Assembly: GCF_009914755.1 (NCBI RefSeq)
Contig: NC_060932.1
Length of the DNA stretch: 64,000 nucleotides
Strand: one strand, 5' to 3'
Origin: the human T2T-CHM13v2.0 reference genome, Homo sapiens
Position 1 is the stretch's first letter. Each line of letters begins with the position of its first letter. The notes beneath the pieces were generated by a model, which was not told the DNA's origin, ran no database searches, and saw nothing but the letters and a program-made list of their open reading frames with translations. A program made the translations under genes and the position numbers. Below, in pieces: positions 61,443-64,000 of this stretch.

Positions 61443-64000
61443 GGGGGATCAGGGGCTCTCTTTTCTATTTCGAGTCCCACCAGGAGCCCTTGATATATTT
61501 AGAGGTGGGACCCAACCATGAGTTAATCACCTTTTTAATTGACTCCAGAGCTGTGTGTTTGTCTGTTTTACCCCAGCTGATTTAACTTGTTCTCCAGAGT
61601 AATTGCTAGTCTCTGGGGTGAAAAGAGGAGGATTTAAAATAAAGATTTTAGAAAACACAGAGGTGAATTATAAAGATTGGTCAACTTGTATTCAATTTTT
61701 ATTAATTCGTGAAGCAGGAACAAATTTATTAGGGAGAGAGATTTAATGCTAAAATTAGGCATAGAGTCTACAATTTGGCCCAAGAAGTTTCCAACTTCTC
61801 TAAATTTGCTGACTATGGCAGATGAAAAGTACATTCATCCTGATATTTGGTCCAAGGAGGGAAATCGAGGGAAGTTATGAATTCCCCCAATCCAAATCAA
61901 ATTAAAGATTCCAGGGGAGATAGTAAGGAGGAAGCAGTACCGTATCTCTTTAGAAGGACGGGTGGGGTTGAAACCTGTGATTGAAGGACTTATCAAGGAT
62001 GGGCTTCTCAAACCCTGTATGTCTCCATATAGCACTCTCATTTTACCGGTCAAGAAATCAGATGGGTCATATTGATTAGTGCAAGACCTTAGAGCTATTA
62101 ATGAAATAATCCAAACCACTTATCCTATTATGCCTAACCCATACACTATTCTTAGTAAGATTTGCTACAGTCCTCAGTGGTTCACCATCATAGTTTTAAA
62201 AGATGCTTTCTGGGCATGACCTTTGGCAAAGACAGCCGTGACATATTTGCTTTTGAATGGAAGGGTCCTCATATAGGACAGAAACAACAATATAGATGGA
62301 CAGTTTTGCCCTAGGGATTTACAGACTCACTAAATCTTTTTAGTCATGCTTTAGAGAAAATAGAGAAGGCTGCTGTTCCAAAGCAACTGAGTCTACTTCA
62401 ATACATGGATGATATTCTTATATCTGGGGAAGACACAGAAAAAAGTAACTGAATTTTCTGGATACATTCTAAATCACTTACATTCTGAGAGGTTGCGAGT
62501 TTCAAAAGGAAAACTTCAATTTGTAGAACCTGAAGTTAGATACTTAAGTCACTTAATCAGTGCAGGGAAAAGAAGAATAGAACTCGAATGGGTTGAAGGA
62601 ATTGTGTCTTTGCCATTGTCCTGGACAAACAAGAACTTAGAAAATTTCTAGGGTTAATTGGATACTGTCATCTATGGATTGATTCATATGCATTGGGGAG
62701 TAAATTGTTATATGAAAAATTAACTAAAAGAGTGCCTGATCTGCTTATATGGTCCTCTGAAGAGGTTGATCAAGTTAATGAGTTAAAAGAGAGACTAATG
62801 TCTGCTCCATCTTGGCTTTACCTTCCTTAGAAAAACCATTCCATCTTTTTGTTAATGTAAACAATGGAGTAGCTTTAAGAGTGCTTACTCAGGAACGTGG
62901 TGGTTGCTGGCAGCCAATGGCCTTCCTGTCTAAATTTTTAGATCCTGTCGCCTGCGGATGGCCTCAGTGCATTCAATCCATTGCAGCCGCAGCAATATTA
63001 GTAGAAGAAAGTAGGAAGCTAACCTTTGGAGGATAACTGACAGTCAGTACACCTCATGAAGTCAGAGCCATCCTGAACCAGAAAGCAGGAGGATTGCTCA
63101 CTGACTCTAGAATTTTAAAATATGAAGCTATACTATTAGGAAAAGATGATTTAACCATAACCACAGATAATTCACTTAACCCAGCAGATTTCTTGACAGG
63201 AAACCCATTGCTAAAAACAGAACACCTATGTCTGGATTTAATTGACTATCACACAAAGGTACAACCAGACTTAGTAGAAACTCCCTTTAAAACGGGGAGA
63301 CACTTATTTACAGGTGGATCCTCCTGGGTATTTGATGGAACACGACATAATACGTATGCAGTAATTTCTGGGGAAACTCTCAAAGAAATAGAATCAGGAA
63401 GATTACCTAATAGTTGGTCTGCTCAGGCTTGTGAATTACGTGCTCTCAGTCAGGCTTTGAAATATTTAGGAACCAAATAGGAACCATCTATACTGACTCT
63501 ACATATGCCTTTGGAGTATCCCATACATTTGGGAAACTTCAGCTGAACGAAGCCTCATTAACAATACAGGTCAGGATCTTGTTCATGAAACATTGATAAC
63601 CCGCATTCTAAATAATCTCCAGTTGCCGGAGGAAATAGCTATTGTCCATGCTCCTGGACATCAACATGATTCCTCATTTGAAAGCCGAGGGAATAATCTT
63701 GCAGATCAAGTAGCCAAGAAGGCTGCAGTCTCTAAGACACCCATTTTCCATTTGACTCCTTATCTTCCTCCTTCCACTATAGTTCCTATTTTCTCTCAGG
63801 CTGAGAAAGAAAAATTAGTGGAAATTGGAGCTCAGGAGAATTCAGAAGGAAGATGGATACTCCCAAATCAAAGGGAAATGTTATCCAAGCCCCTTATGAG
63901 GGAGGTCTTATCTCATCTGCATTAAGGGACTCATTGGGGCCCCCAAGCTCTGTGTGATGCGGTTCTCAGAGTTTATAGGTGCATTGGAATTTATACCTTA
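61443..64000 (+). pseudogene. pol: Defective HERV-I type pro-pol (protease, RT, RNase H, start of integrase), runs off the window
   Basis: FLIDSRA protease site, LVQDLRAINE, LKDAFW, LQYMDD (YMDD 62402-62413), LPSLEKPFHLFV, LFTGGSS, GNNLADQVAK, TH-WG integrase start; many stops and frameshifts. Confidence 0.93.

Noticed and set aside
62402-62413. YMDD motif suggesting a beta- or lentivirus-like RT
   Set aside because: TACATG is one CpG deamination from TACGTG (YVDD); the surrounding gag-pol is gamma-like

Overview
Hominoid (most likely human) genomic DNA, mostly interspersed repeats; no prokaryotic features or CRISPR arrays. One protein-coding gene is reconstructed by hand: PPDPFL (C8orf22; human chr8q11.21 from recall), + strand, about 36170-39920. 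Four coding exons splice to an 84-aa protein. It has a MEF2-consensus site overlapping its TATA box, two uORFs, competing 3' terminal acceptors and a candidate poly(A) signal supplied by an old L1. The best structural discovery is a minus-strand SVA whose target-site duplication encloses three poly(A) tails and two serial 3' transductions (4045-6191), a three-generation retrotransposition record. Also present: a tail-less, TSD-less Alu in an L1, an Alu head cut by a deletion, a nested HERV16-like provirus, and the 5' part of a defective HERV-I/LTR10 provirus running off the right edge. Repeat subfamily names come from recalled consensus sequences, not from a search. I found no evidence for a new multi-gene system.
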